Positions 12,045 to 25,128 of a stretch of DNA of 64,000 nt are shown piece by piece. How positions within the stretch are numbered: position 1 is the stretch's first letter; each line of letters begins with the position of its first letter. The position numbers were made by a program, and so were the translations under genes. The notes beneath the pieces were generated by a model that was given only the letters and a program-made list of their open reading frames with translations, was not told where the DNA came from and did not search any database. This DNA is from the human T2T-CHM13v2.0 reference genome, Homo sapiens: assembly GCF_009914755.1 (NCBI RefSeq), contig NC_060929.1, one strand, 5' to 3'.

Positions 12045-14278
12045 GTAATTCACTTTCATGGTTGCCACACATGCCCCCATCAAATGTGGAGTTTATTTCT
12101 GCTCTGCAGAAATCTGTGCTGGGCATGTTACCTGCTTTGGTCAAAAGAACAACAGAAATGATTACATGTAACATATGAGACTGAGGTTTAGATCATGCAA
12201 TTTCTTTCCATGTCATTTGCTCATAAGGCTTTTTTCATTTGCTCAGAAGGCTTTGTTTGTTTGTTTCTTTTTGTTGTTGTTGTTTTTGGAAATGAGATGC
12301 CATGAAAGAAGTCTAAATGCCCTGAGATGACCATGAAGAAAATCACTTCAGCCACATAAAGAAAGAAAATCCACATGAATAATCATGGTGATGACAAACA
12401 TGCAGACAAAGCCTTTTTGGATCTTTTTGCCCAGCCCAGTTACCAGCCCAGTTACCAGCTGAGAGATTGATCCCAGACAAAAATACGTGGAGCAGAAGCA
12501 CTGCTCTGCCCAAAATCACAATTCAAAGCATCATAAACAAAATACAACGGTTGTAGTTTCCAAACTCTTTTATTTTAAATGTACTTGTTACTGTATGGAG
12601 GCGCCTACCTTAGTATCCTACCACACTCAGATAGTGGCTGTGAGCAGCCCACAAGAAGCCTAGCCTTTGAGTGGATATGGCTAATGATGTTTCCAGGGAG
12701 AATATTGGAAATTTTAACTGACCTCTTTTAATTGTCTATTATAAAGTGAGAGAAATCAAGCAAAAAAGGAGCTGTTTCATATTCAAGCAGAATTTACAGG
12801 AACTATTTTTAACTTAGGACATGCCAGGTTAGAAAATAAAACTATGTCTCCTTCCCAGCTTCTCCAGCTGGCACAGTCTCCAAATTAGGAAATGGAAGCA
12901 GAGCCAAAATTAAATCCAAGGTGCTGCCTGTAAAATGTGGCTTTGGGGTCAATATTAAGTCAAAGATCTTCCTAGAAGACGCTTTGTGAAGAAATAAAAA
13001 AAAATTTAGTGGTATATTGCTTTGATCTCTGCTTGAATAAAGGGCACCTAAGGATGTCAAATGATTTCTCCCATGGAACCCTGATTCACAAACTAAAGCA
13101 GAGGGGCACATGTCTTTTTGTCTAAGGAGTGGGTTATAATTCAATGTATAGAAAAGACACATATCTTTTATAGAAACTGTACCAGTTTGGACTGAAATGG
13201 ACAAGAGATTTCAAAATGAAGTGAGGCCTATGGGCCCCCAAACTTTCACACACAGGAAACAAGCTGAGAAAATCACTCAGCTGCAAACATGGGCAATGTC
13301 TTTTGCAACATGGTACAACAACATGGTATAGCTACACTGCCAGAAGACCCACTTCTGGAGAGCAGATCTGGACTTTAATCAGTGTACATTTATTTTCCCC
13401 ACAGCACCAGGGGTTGACGACATATGCTAGGTGGATTTCAAAATTGCTGTGGATGACTGACTACTGTGTAGTTTCCTGTTTTTTCCTCCTTTTTTGAATG
13501 ACAGGGGCTGTTGCAGTTATTCTGTTTCTATTTTCCCAATATATGTTGGGTATGGGTCAAGAAAAATATCTTTTAGTTTTTTATCCATTCATCTCTGAAG
13601 ATAAGATGCCCAAAGAATAACACCTGAAGAAACTTATTCTCACCTGGGCCCAATTTAGATAAAGAAATTCTTGTCCTCAAGCCTAGGTCTGATGTAATAG
13701 AATGAAATTTTGGGGGAGAGTGACGAGTGTGTTTTTCATGAGAGAGGAAATTTTTGTGGACTGAGGGCAGAAGGTGTGTTTCCAAAATTGGTCCCCAAAA
13801 TACTTGTTATCCCATATGCTATTTTGCAGTGTGACTTTACCTTGACCTCATTAATTATGAAGTCTATTTCCCCTCTGCTGGAATCTGGGCTTTCCTTGGT
13901 ATCTGTGTTTCCAACAGAATATAGCAGAAGTGACTATATAAAACTTCCCAGTCTGGGAAGTCTATGGCCTCTGCCTTTACCACTTGGAAGCCAATGGCCT
14001 TGTGAGAAGAGCCACTGTTTCAAGGTCATCCTGCTACCGAGAAGCCCAAGCTAGCCATGTATAGAGAGGGCTGCCACGTGGAGGCGCACTGAGGAAGCAA
14101 TGCGAGTGAAGCTTTCTCAGACCTTCTAGTCCAGCCTAGCTGCAAGCCAGCTGCAGCTGACTGAATAATCCCTGTGCAGTGGGAAACTCTCACTGCCCCC
14201 AATCCTGGTCCATATATTTATGAGCTAAACTGCTAACTTTTGGAACATTTTATCATGCAGTAATAGATAACTGAAATA
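12045..14278 (+). mobile_element. MaLR provirus, MLT1H-like (5'LTR ~12045-12595, internal ~12730-13773, 3'LTR ~13774-14278)
   Basis: Two related LTRs ('gtggagtttatttctgctctgcagaaatctg' vs 'gaagtctatttcccctctgctggaatctggg'; 3' end 'gcagtaatagataactgaaata'). The internal part ends in the purine-rich 'gactgagggcagaagg' just before the 3' LTR. Confidence 0.7.
12597..12700 (-). mobile_element. LTR16-like fragment
   Basis: 'gcctaccttagtatcctaccacactcagatagtggctgtgagcagccc' is homologous to 11903-11950. Confidence 0.6.
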
Positions 14279-14968
14279 GGGACAACTCTCCAGTCTTAGA
14301 ACATTCTAGCTTCACCCGTATCAATTCCTCAATTTCCTTAGTTAGTAAGTTTCTGGTGTTAGCCCAGGGGGTACACATGGCTACTGCACTTGTTTGGGAC
14401 ATTGATTTGTGTAGCTTGTGCAATTGCAGTTTTTGATCAATCATCTCATTTTGTGCTCTGTCTCCTATTCTGACTTGTTATATTTATCAACACCACAGAA
14501 TTTCTTCATGAGAAACAAACAAACAAAAACCAAATAAAATTAAAACACACACACACACACACAACTTCCTCTGCTGCATTTTTCTCCCATGGGAACCTTT
14601 CTTTTTTTCCTGAAGTGTGCCTTAATCTTAGTTCAATTTTCCACTACCTTCCATTCTCAGAGTTTTAATGAATTTATTCTTTATTTAATAACTTTACAAT
14701 CATTCAGTGTTTAGTGGGATGTAGGAGGAGTAAACTTGAGTGTCTAATCTATATTTGGAACAAGAAGTCCATTCACCTACATTCTAATCATTATTCATTA
14801 ATTCCTTTATTATTTCAACAAAAGAATCTTCATACATAAAGGATCATAGTAGTTCTTAAGCATATTCTGTTAAGAGCTTACAATACAATGAAGAAGACAA
14901 GCATTTGAACAGGTAACTAACACAAGTCAAGGTGAAATGAGAGCTGGAAGGGAGCAGAAAATGTCACT

Positions 14969-15199
14969 CTTTATTATATTATAGTTGAAGTTCTGGGATA
15001 CACGTGCAGAATGTGCAGGTTTGTTACATAGGTCTACAAGTGCCATGGTGGTTTGCTGCACCCATCGACCTGTTATCTACATTATGTATTTCTCCTAGTG
15101 TTATCCCTCCCCTAGCCTCTCCACCCACCGACAGGCCCCAGTGTGTGATGTTCCCCTCCCTGTGTCCATGTGTTCTCATTGTTCAACTCCACTTACGAG
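14969..15199 (-). mobile_element. L1PA7/8-type 3' terminal fragment inserted in an L2
   Basis: 'aagttctgggatacacgtgcagaatgtgcaggtttgttacatagg...tgtgatgttcccctccctgtgtccatgtgttctc'. Possible TSD cactctttatt / cgctcttatt. Confidence 0.9.
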
Positions 15200-18104
15200 C
15201 CGCTCTTATTTCTGATGTAGAAGTGTGGAGATGACTTGACAGAGGAGCACACATGTGAGCACCCAGCACTTGGCACGCAGCCTAATGTGCTCAAGTAGGT
15301 ACATGAAAGAGATTTGTTCATTGAAATGTTTAATGAAGTCTTGAGTCTTGAAGCATGAGTATGACTTCAATAATCAGACAAGATGAGATGAATTTTCATG
15401 CCCAGGGAAAAGCAGGAATTAAGATTTGAAAGAACCAACAATGGTACCAGACAGTCTCCTAGCGTGTCTGGGGTGCTGGATATGTGGAGGGATGAAGTGA
15501 CCTATCTGGCTCCAAAAGTAGTAGAAATGATAGTAACATATATATAATTTATAAGAATATATACATAAAAATATTTCTTTTTTTCGTTGATACTGGGAAG
15601 TTTCTTAAATGCAGTAGTGATCAAATATGAGAAGAAAGTAATGATGAAATTATATTGACTTGGCAATTGTTAGGAAGTGAAAGATGAGAAATAGAGGAAA
15701 ATCAAAGAGAATTTTCAGATTTTTAGCTTGAGGACTCATATTTAGCTGCTTCCAATGAAAGCAGGTGAAAACAAACAAGTATTTCAAAAAAACCTGCATC
15801 AGAGCTTTTCAACTGAGACAGTTTATGTATAATGTAATTAGCAGGGAAATGGTGGCAAAGGACCTCTCTATGGGTCAGATGCCCACTTCTCTCTTCCACA
15901 GTTGTGATCACATGACCTAGATTGTGAAACTGAGCTGCCACTTAGTCTGATTCATTAAACAGTGTCCTAAACATAGACACTAAAGTAGTAACATGAAATC
16001 TTGGCAGATGGCTGTTAATGGAGATCTGAAAACCCATTATCTGGTAACTTACCCATATATTATTTTTTCTTATAAAAATCAATTATTCAGAACATAGGTA
16101 GCCCTTAATAGCATTTAAAAGAGCACACTGAAAGAGCTCATTTCTGGTGAAAATTCAATGAAACTCTTTCAGCCTCAATCCCAAGAAAGCAAGAAAAAAT
16201 GGTTGTGATATTTCAAATCGAAACTAATTTGTTAACCTTTATGGACACTTTTGAAAACTTTATTCCAAACAGTACCCGAATTATCTGAGAAGGAATCCCA
16301 TTGGATTCACAATCTTAATAAGAATTCTATCCTGTTTGTTGTTTCTGGATCTTTTTGCCATACACTATTTCATCGCTCAAAAACTTTCTGAATGGTTAAC
16401 ATATTCTCCCCGTTTTCTTACACCAGGCCTCTTACATGAGGACCTTCTTCCCTTTAGCCTGCAGGTTTTATCTGTTGTTTATGTATAAATGCTTTTCTCA
16501 GTAAAAAAAATATAAATCTTAAAGTTAAGAATGAGTGTGAGATAAACAGACCTCTGGTTAACCTGAGCCTTTATATCCTAGATGAAAATCAACCCTTTCT
16601 GAACTGCAAAATAATCTTCTATTTCTCTCCCCCTCATTCCACTCTACCTTCTAATGTAAAACTCATTCACATTAAGGCATCAGTGAATGATATTTCTCCT
16701 TAAAGTTATCTGATTTTAAAAGCTTTTTCAACAAATATCTGAAATGTTGAAGTTATAGTTTCTGGAAGATCTTAAAGCACAGATGTGCAGGAAAGTATTC
16801 AAGAGTTGAAAGATGATTAGCTTAAAGTTCCATGAAGTTAGATGACCAGTGAAAGAAATTTAATAAATAAGGAGCCAGTTTGGAAAAGAAGAGTCTTTCC
16901 AAGATTTGAAAATCACATGATATCAGAAACTATCTACTTTCCAGTTTACAAAGCCACCATTTAGCTGGGTAGGTTAGTAGCCACATTTCCTCTTATTTCT
17001 ATTACCCTAGCCCAGACCATCTGAAATGCAATTGTGAAACACAGATGAGTGGAGTTACTAATTATGAAGAGAAACCAAACAGGGAAAATTCTTGATTGAG
17101 AGTCAGTGGGAGTGTTAGCAGTTCTCTCTTCTGATAGATGCCATGCTATTGGGAGATAAAGGCAGTTGACAGAAAACCTATAAATAAGGTTGCTATTAGA
17201 TGTGGGCACAAGAGAAATAAAAGCACAGTATAGATTTAAAATATTGACTTACACAGAGGGAAAAGAGATGGCAAGCACCAAAACAAATCTACCGAAGTGT
17301 TCAACAGAAACAATTCTAATATTAAGAAATCTCATTAGCAATTTATCATAAGAGTATGTGGACACAAATGAGATTTAAACTAATATTTCCAGGTGGTACC
17401 TTAGCTCTGTATCTCCATGGACTTAGAAACATTGATCAAGTTAACATGACCTATTATAATTAAAACTCAGCCAAGAGAGTGTACTAAAGAAAATTTATGG
17501 GATTGGACTTCTGTAAGAGCTCCATAACCTGATGAATCATTACCCCCAATCTCGGCTGCTATAGCTCCACAGCTCTCATTATAATTCTAGTGAGAAAAGC
17601 ACTTAATGAAACAGTTCTGAGGAGGAAGCATGTTTATCAAACTTTGCTAATTGTATTGTCCTTTGACCATCTAAGAGCTCTACTGATGAGACCTTAAGGG
17701 AAGGTCTACTGTCAAAGGCAGGATCCAGTTGATCTCTACTTAAAAAGAGTAATTTTTCTCCACTAAAAAAGTTGGCAATGATAAAAAGATTATTTTTTTC
17801 TTTCTATCCAGGAAAAACTTGAACCTCAAACTGTAAAATAGTAAAAAGGTATCCTTACCACTTTTTCCCTAATTTATGCTTTATTAGCCATACTCTACTG
17901 GTTGTGCCAACAGTCCTAATTTGAGATTAAAATAAAAGCTACATTAACTACTCAACTTGGTAAAGGTATACCATAGCACACATATAGTATGCTATTTCCA
18001 TAAGCCTGCCCGAATTTGTGCCCACTTCTTTTCTATTTCTTCTCCCTTTTATTTGTAGAGTCTGAAAGAAGTGACTGGGACTGAAAATAGAACATTAAAA
18101 AATA

Positions 18105-18241
18105 TGCTTTATTTTTAAAGTCAGGTATATTTAGGTATACTAAACATATCGTACAATTTACCTTTTAGATATATAGTTCTATGAGTTTTGACAGACGCAC
18201 AGAGTTGTATAGCCACCACCATGATCAAGGTATGGAATATT
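18105..18241 (-). mobile_element. Old L1M (MB/MC/ME) 3' end fragment
   Basis: 'tatagttctatgagttttgacagacgcacagagttgtatagccaccaccatgatcaaggtatggaata'. Confidence 0.75.
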
Positions 18242-19337
18242 AAAATGGGATAATTGTTTCTAAAAGTTTTTAGAAAAATGATGAGTTGGGAATGACTGAG
18301 ATGGTTAAATAGAAGAAGTTGATTACAGTGAGAAAGACCATGAGAAAATAAGGCTGAAGTGTCAAATCAAGGAGGTGGGCTAAAAGAATGCAGTGTGAAT
18401 GATAAAGGTTGGAAATTTGGACTCTGTGAAAAAGACCATATATACATACAGGAGACCTGAAGGCAGGTGGCAGAAGGGGAAGTACTTTGATCCTTCACAT
18501 TATGTCCTTCTTCACACCCAGAGACTCCTTCCTGCCTTGTTTTTCCCAGTCACCTCTATCTTCCCCACTACATGAGTCCTTTATAGCCGGAACAACTGCA
18601 TTATACCCCGTGAGCTTTACATTAATTGTTTAATCTCGTGAAGTTATGGGGCAATAATTTTTCAACTTTAGTGAGATTCATAATTGTCTGTGGAGCATTT
18701 AAAAATACTTGTGACTAGATAAACTCTCAAAGATCATGCTTCAGTTATTTTTTGGTGGAACTTCTTTTAAATGTAATTGGATGTTGGAAAACAGAGTAAA
18801 ATATTTTAGTATCAGGAATACTTACAGACACAAAATATGCCATGAAGTGATTATACAGTGAGACCTCTTTCTGTTAGGATGCTAGGGTGCACCCTACACA
18901 AAAGCAAACCTCACTCTGGACCAGCTCTTACTCCTTGCCCCACACAGAGTTGAGGAAGGGTCAAATAACTGGCTGGAGAATTGTGAAAGCTACCAATTAG
19001 TTATTGTAGTCTTCAACATCTCTCTGTAACCATTTCTTCTATATAATATCCTTCTCTCCATTCCCTTCTCATTTTTTAAATATACGTCCTCAAGCAGGAA
19101 AGGATTGGTAGTCATTTATATTCAGACTGAAACGTATTCATTCTCCTCTACTAAATCTCTTAGCATTTTCTAGCTGCTTAATTCTGACTAAAATAATTTT
19201 TTAAAAACTTTTATTAAAGCACGGACCATAAAACAGCAACTTGCCATACGAATATGCATCATATTTGGTAAACAATATCTTTTTCACTGAACTTACTTGA
19301 TCTTTTTCTATATTTATGTATTTTTATTGTTTAACAT

Positions 19338-19597
19338 ATTTTTTAACTGACAACACTGTATATATTTATTGTGTACAACATGATGTTTTGAAATATATAT
19401 ACATTGTGGAATGGCTAAATCAAGTAAATTAATGTATGCATTACCTTATGTAGTATTTTTGTAGTGAGAACACTTAAAATCTACTGTCATCATTTTTCAA
19501 AAATACAATACATTGTTATTAACTACAGTCACTATGTTGTACAATAGATCTCTTGAACTTACTCCTCTTTTCTAACTTAAGTTTTGTATCCTTTGAT
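19338..19597 (-). mobile_element. L1MA (8/9-like) 3' end
   Basis: 'gtacaacatgatgttttgaaatatatatacattgtggaatggctaaatcaag...gtacaatagatctcttgaactta'. Confidence 0.85.
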
Positions 19598-19628
19598 ATT
19601 GGTACATAATAGTTTAAATGTAATTTGA

Positions 19629-19972
<344 letters not shown>

Positions 19973-22900
19973 AACAAACTATATAAATTTTTTCCTGGGT
20001 AAAATGTCTGTAATTTAAAATACTTTAATGTAATTAGTGTCATATTACATAGCTGTATGTTTTTTTTTTTCATTTTAATTCTAAAAGTGATCAGCCAAAG
20101 CTAGTAATTTGCAGGAAGGGCCATACACCTAAGACAGCTGTTTTAAGCCCTCTTTTTGCTTTCTTCTAATAATATATTTTTATTGGTGAAATGCTGGTCT
20201 TGCTCTTTCCTTTCTCCAACTCTGCTGCTCTTATTTGCATTTCCCATCTGGCCCTGTGGACATGGGCATCTATGAAAACTGCACTGAAGGAATTTCAGAT
20301 CCTGTCAAGCAGGTATGGCAGCAGCTCTCAGATAAGGAGACTTCTTTCAGTGTTCAAAGTCATGTGAATGAAAAGCCCTGAAGATAAATTTGCATTATTC
20401 ATTTTGGCTCTTAGAGGGAAAATATTAGACAGCCATTTAGAACCATTGAAATGTCCGAATTCTCTTCCTTTCTCTTTCCTATCTTTTAATCTTAATCTTT
20501 TCTGTCTTTCCTATCCTTCTGCCCTAATATCACACAGCTGGAGATCCAGAGGTCTTTTATGCCCTCTCCCCATAGTGCCAATGCCAGCTAATGAAAGCCA
20601 GCCATATGAGACAAAAAGCTGGTTCTTTGAAAAGATAAAAACAGAATTGACAGACCATTAGTGAGATTAACCAAGAAAAGAAGAGAGAAGATCTAAATAA
20701 GCTCAATTAGAAACTAAACTGGAGAAATTACAACCAATACCACAGAAACACAAAAGATCATTCAAGGCTACTATGAACACCTTTATGTGCACAAACTAGA
20801 AAATCTAGAGAAAATTGTTAAATTCCTGAAAATATACAAACGTCCCTAGATTAAATGAGGAAGAAATAGAAACCCAGAGCAGAGCAATAACAAGTAGTAA
20901 TATTGAATCAGTAATTTAAAAAAATACCTAAAAAAGAAAAGCCTAGGACCAGAAGGATTCACAGCTGAATCATATCATCTGACATTCCAAGAATTGGTAC
21001 CAATTCTGCTGAAACCATTTCAAAAGATAGAGAAAGAGAGAATCCTCCCTAAATCATTCTATGAAACCAGTATCAACCTAATACCAAAACCAGGAAAGGA
21101 CATAACAAAAAAAGAAAACTACAGACCAATATTCCTGATGAAGATAGATGTGAAAATTCTCAAAACACCAGCTGGCTGAATCCAACAGTATACCAAAAAG
21201 AAAATACATCGTGATCAAGTGGGTTTCATACGAGGGATGCAGGAATGGTTTAACATAATGGTTTAACATCAATACCTGTGATACATCACAAAAATAGAAT
21301 CAAAAACAAAAACCATATGATCATTTCAATTGACATAAAAAATATTATTTGATAAACCCCAGTGTCCCTTTATGATAAAACCCTAAACAAAATAGGCATA
21401 GAAGGGACTTACCTCAAAGTAGTAAAAGCCATGTATGACAAACCCACAGCCAACATCATACTGAATGGGGAAAAGTTGAAAGCCTTCTCCCTGAGAACTG
21501 GAACAAGACAGGGATGCCCACTTTCACCACGTCTATTTAACATAGTACTGAAAGTCCTAGATAGAGCAATCAGAAAAAAGAAAGAAAGAAAGGGCATCCA
21601 AACAGGAAAAGATATGTCAAACTGTCACTATTCACAGATGATATGGTTGTATAACCTGAAGACTCATCCGAAAAGATCCTAGATCTGATAAACAAGTTCA
21701 GTAAAATCTCAGCATACAGTCAATGTACACAAATCAGTAGCACTGCTATATGTGAACAACAAAACTGAAAATCAAATAAAGAACTCAATCCCTTTATGAC
21801 AGCTGCAAAAATAAATCAATAAATAAAATACTGAAGAATATACTTAACCAAGGAGGTTAAAGATCTCTACAAGGAAAACTACAAAACACTGCTAAAAGAA
21901 ATCATAGATGACACAAACAAATGGAAACATCGATGCTCATTGATAGAGAGAATCAATATTGTATAAAATGACCACACTGCCTAAAGCAACCTACAGATTC
22001 AATGCAATTCTCATCAAAATACCATCAGCATTCTTCATAGAACTAGAAAAAACATTCCTAAAATTCATATGGAACCAAAAAAGAGTCCGCATAGCAATAC
22101 TAAGTAAAAAGAACAAATCTGGAGGCATCACATTACTCAACTTCAAACTGTACTACAAGGCTATAGTTACACAAACAGCATGTCACTAGTATAAAAATAG
22201 GCACATAGACCAATGGAACAGAATAGAAAGTCCAGAAATAAAGCCAAATGCTTACAGCCAACTGATCTTTGACAAAGCAAACAAAAATGTAAATTGGAGA
22301 AAGGACACCCTATTCAATAAATGGTGCCGGGAAAATTAGCAAGCCAGTAGAGGAAGGAAACTGTATTGTAATCTCTCACCCATACAAAAATCAAATAAAG
22401 ATGGATCAAGGACTTAAATCTAAAGCCTGAAGCCATAAAAATTCCAGAAGATAACATTGGAAGAACTTTTCTAGACATTGGCTTGGCAAATAATTCATGA
22501 CTAAGACCTCCAAAGCAAATGCAAAAACAACAAAAAAAGTGCATGGGACCTAATTAAACTAAAAAGCTTATTCATAGCAAAGGAAATAATCAGCATAGTA
22601 AACAGAAAACCCACAGAATGAGAGAAAATGTTTGCAAAGTATACATTTGACGAAGGACTAGTATCCAGAATCTACAAGGAACTTAAATCAGCAAGTAAAA
22701 AACAAATAATCTCATCAAAAAGCAGGCAAAGGACATGAATAGAAGAAATCTCAAAAGAAGATATACAAATGGCCAATAACCATATGAAAAAATTCTCAAT
22801 ATCACTAATCATCAGGGAAATACAAATTAAAACCATAATGATATAATGAGATAACACCTTACTCCTGGAAGAATTGCTATAATTTAAAAAGTCAAAAAAC

Positions 22901-23512
22901 AATAGATGTTGGCATAGATTTAGTGAAAAGAGAACACTTTACAGTGCTGATGGGACTGTAAATTATTAGTACAACAACTATAGAAAACAGGATGGAGATT
23001 CCTTAAATAATTAAAAGAACTATCATTCGATCCAGCAATCCCACTATTAGGTATTTACCCAAAGGAAAAGAAGTCATATGAAAAAGACACATGAACACAC
23101 ATGTTTATAGCAGCACAATTTGCAATTGCAAAGATATGGAACCAACTTAAGTGCCCATCAACCAACAAATGGATAAAGAAAATGTGCTATATATTCACCA
23201 TGGAATACTACTCAGCCATAAAAATGAATGCAATAATGTCTTTTGCAGCAACTTGGATGGAGCTGGAGGTCATTATTCTAAGTGAAGTAACTTAGAATTG
23301 AAAAACAAATATTGTATGTACTCACTTATAAGTAGGAACTAAGCTATGAGGAAATAAAGGCATAAGAATAATATACTGGACTTTGGGGACTTGAGGAGAA
23401 ATGTTGGGGGGGTGGGGGATAAAAGACTACACATTGGGTACAGTGTACACTTCTTGGGTGACAGGTGGACTAAACCGTCAGAAATCACCATTCAAGTATT
23501 TATTGGGAGTGG

Positions 23513-23524
23513 CCAAGATGGCCA
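23513..23524 (+). promoter_or_regulatory. YY1 motif of the L1 internal promoter
   Basis: 'ccaagatggcc' about 10 nt from the L1 5' end, the position of the YY1 site in primate L1 promoters. Confidence 0.7.
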
Positions 23525-24119
23525 ACTAGAAGCAGCTACGGTGCACGTCTCTCACAGAGAGGAATGAAAACGGTGAGTTAATACAGCTCCTTCAACTGAA
23601 ACATCCATGTACTTGCATTGGGACTATTAAAGGAAACAACTCAACCCACAGAGAATGAAGAAAAGCAAGGCAAAAACGATAGCCCTCCTGGGAGGGACAC
23701 AGAGCCAAGGGAACCTCCCCCACCCAGGGAAGTGGTGAGTGAATGTGCATCCCTGGGAAAGCAGGCTTCTTCCATGGATCTTTGCAACCCCTCAGGTCAG
23801 GAGATCCCCTCATGAACGCACTCCACCGAGGCATTCAGTCTAACATACAAAGCTCTGTGGAGTCTTGGCAGAGCAGCCACTCAGGCACGTACAGAGTTCC
23901 AGGAGCTTTACATACTCTGGCTCTGAGCTTCCCAGCAAAAGTAGCTGCAACTTTGGCAAGATGGGAGGTTGGACCTTTTTACATACCCCTAGGAAAGAGA
24001 CTGACTCTTAGGGGCCAAGCAGCAATGGTCTGCGGGCCCCACTTCCATGGCATCTTACAAGATAAGACCCACTGGATTGGAATTCCAGCCAGCCACTGGC
24101 AACAGTATTGGGCCTCCTT

Positions 24120-25065
24120 TTGACAGAGTTCTCGGGGGAGGGATAAGCTGCCGTCTTTGCTATTTGGATGACTCAGCCATTCCAGTCTGTGAGCTTTGGA
24201 GAGTCCAGGCCAACTAGGGGCAGAAGGGACCCCCTAGCACAGCACAGCTGCTCTACCAAAATGTGGCCAGACTGCTTCTGTAAGCACGTTCCTGATTGGT
24301 TCCTCCTTACTAGGCAAAACCTCCCAACTGTGGCCTCCAGACACCCCCACTGGTGTTCTCTGGCTGATCAGAGATTTGAATTCTCTCCTGACAGAGTTCC
24401 CAGAGGGAGGAGTCTGCTTAGATGTTCCAGCTGTGGGCTTCAGAGACCCCAAGCCAACCAGGACAGAAGCGGTACTCCAACACAGCACAGCTGCTCTATG
24501 AAAGCATGAGTAGACTGTTTCTTTAAGTGGGTCCCCTATTTCATTCCTCCTTACGGAGTGGAAGTTTCCAACTGGGGCTTCCTGCCAATCCTGCCAGTTT
24601 TCTCTGGCCAACAGAGAATTGAAAACCTTTGGTGACAGAGCACGCAGAGGGATAGGTGGGCCACCATCCGTGCTGCTTGGGTGACTCAGCCATTCCAGCC
24701 TCCAGGCTTTGGGGAGCCCAAGCTGACTAGGAGCAGAAGCAGTACCCCAGCACAACACAGCTGCTGTATAAAAACATGGCCAGACTGATTCTTTAAGTGG
24801 GTCCCCCGGTCCTGTGCCTCCTGACTGAGTGAGACCTCCCAGCCAGGGTTTCCAGCCACCTTCTACAGGTGCATTCAGGCCAGTAACAGGTCTGTACCTC
24901 CCTGGGATGGAGCTCCCCGAGGAAAGGGCAGGCTGCCATTTTGGCTGTTTCATAGCCTTCACTGGCAATACCTTAATGTACTGGAATATCTGAGGTGACT
25001 AGGGACTGGAGCAGACCCACACAAAACACAGAAGCCCTATGGAAAAGTGGCCAGACTGTTAAAAG
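24120..25065 (+). repeat. Degenerate tandem monomers (~243-270 bp) in the L1 5'UTR
   Basis: Recurring 'cagcacagcacagctgctcta...tggccagactg' at ~24236, ~24479, ~24748 and, more decayed, ~25020. Confidence 0.85.
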
Positions 25066-25128
25066 AAAAAAAAAAACCCACCCAAAGGCCAGCAACCTTA
25101 AAGTTTGAAGGTAGATAAGCCCACAAAG

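Noticed and set aside
21244-21269. 13-bp tandem duplication aatggtttaacat in L1PB (similar micro-duplications at ~3749, ~12433 and ~35458)
   Set aside because: Ordinary slippage mutations in neutral sequence.
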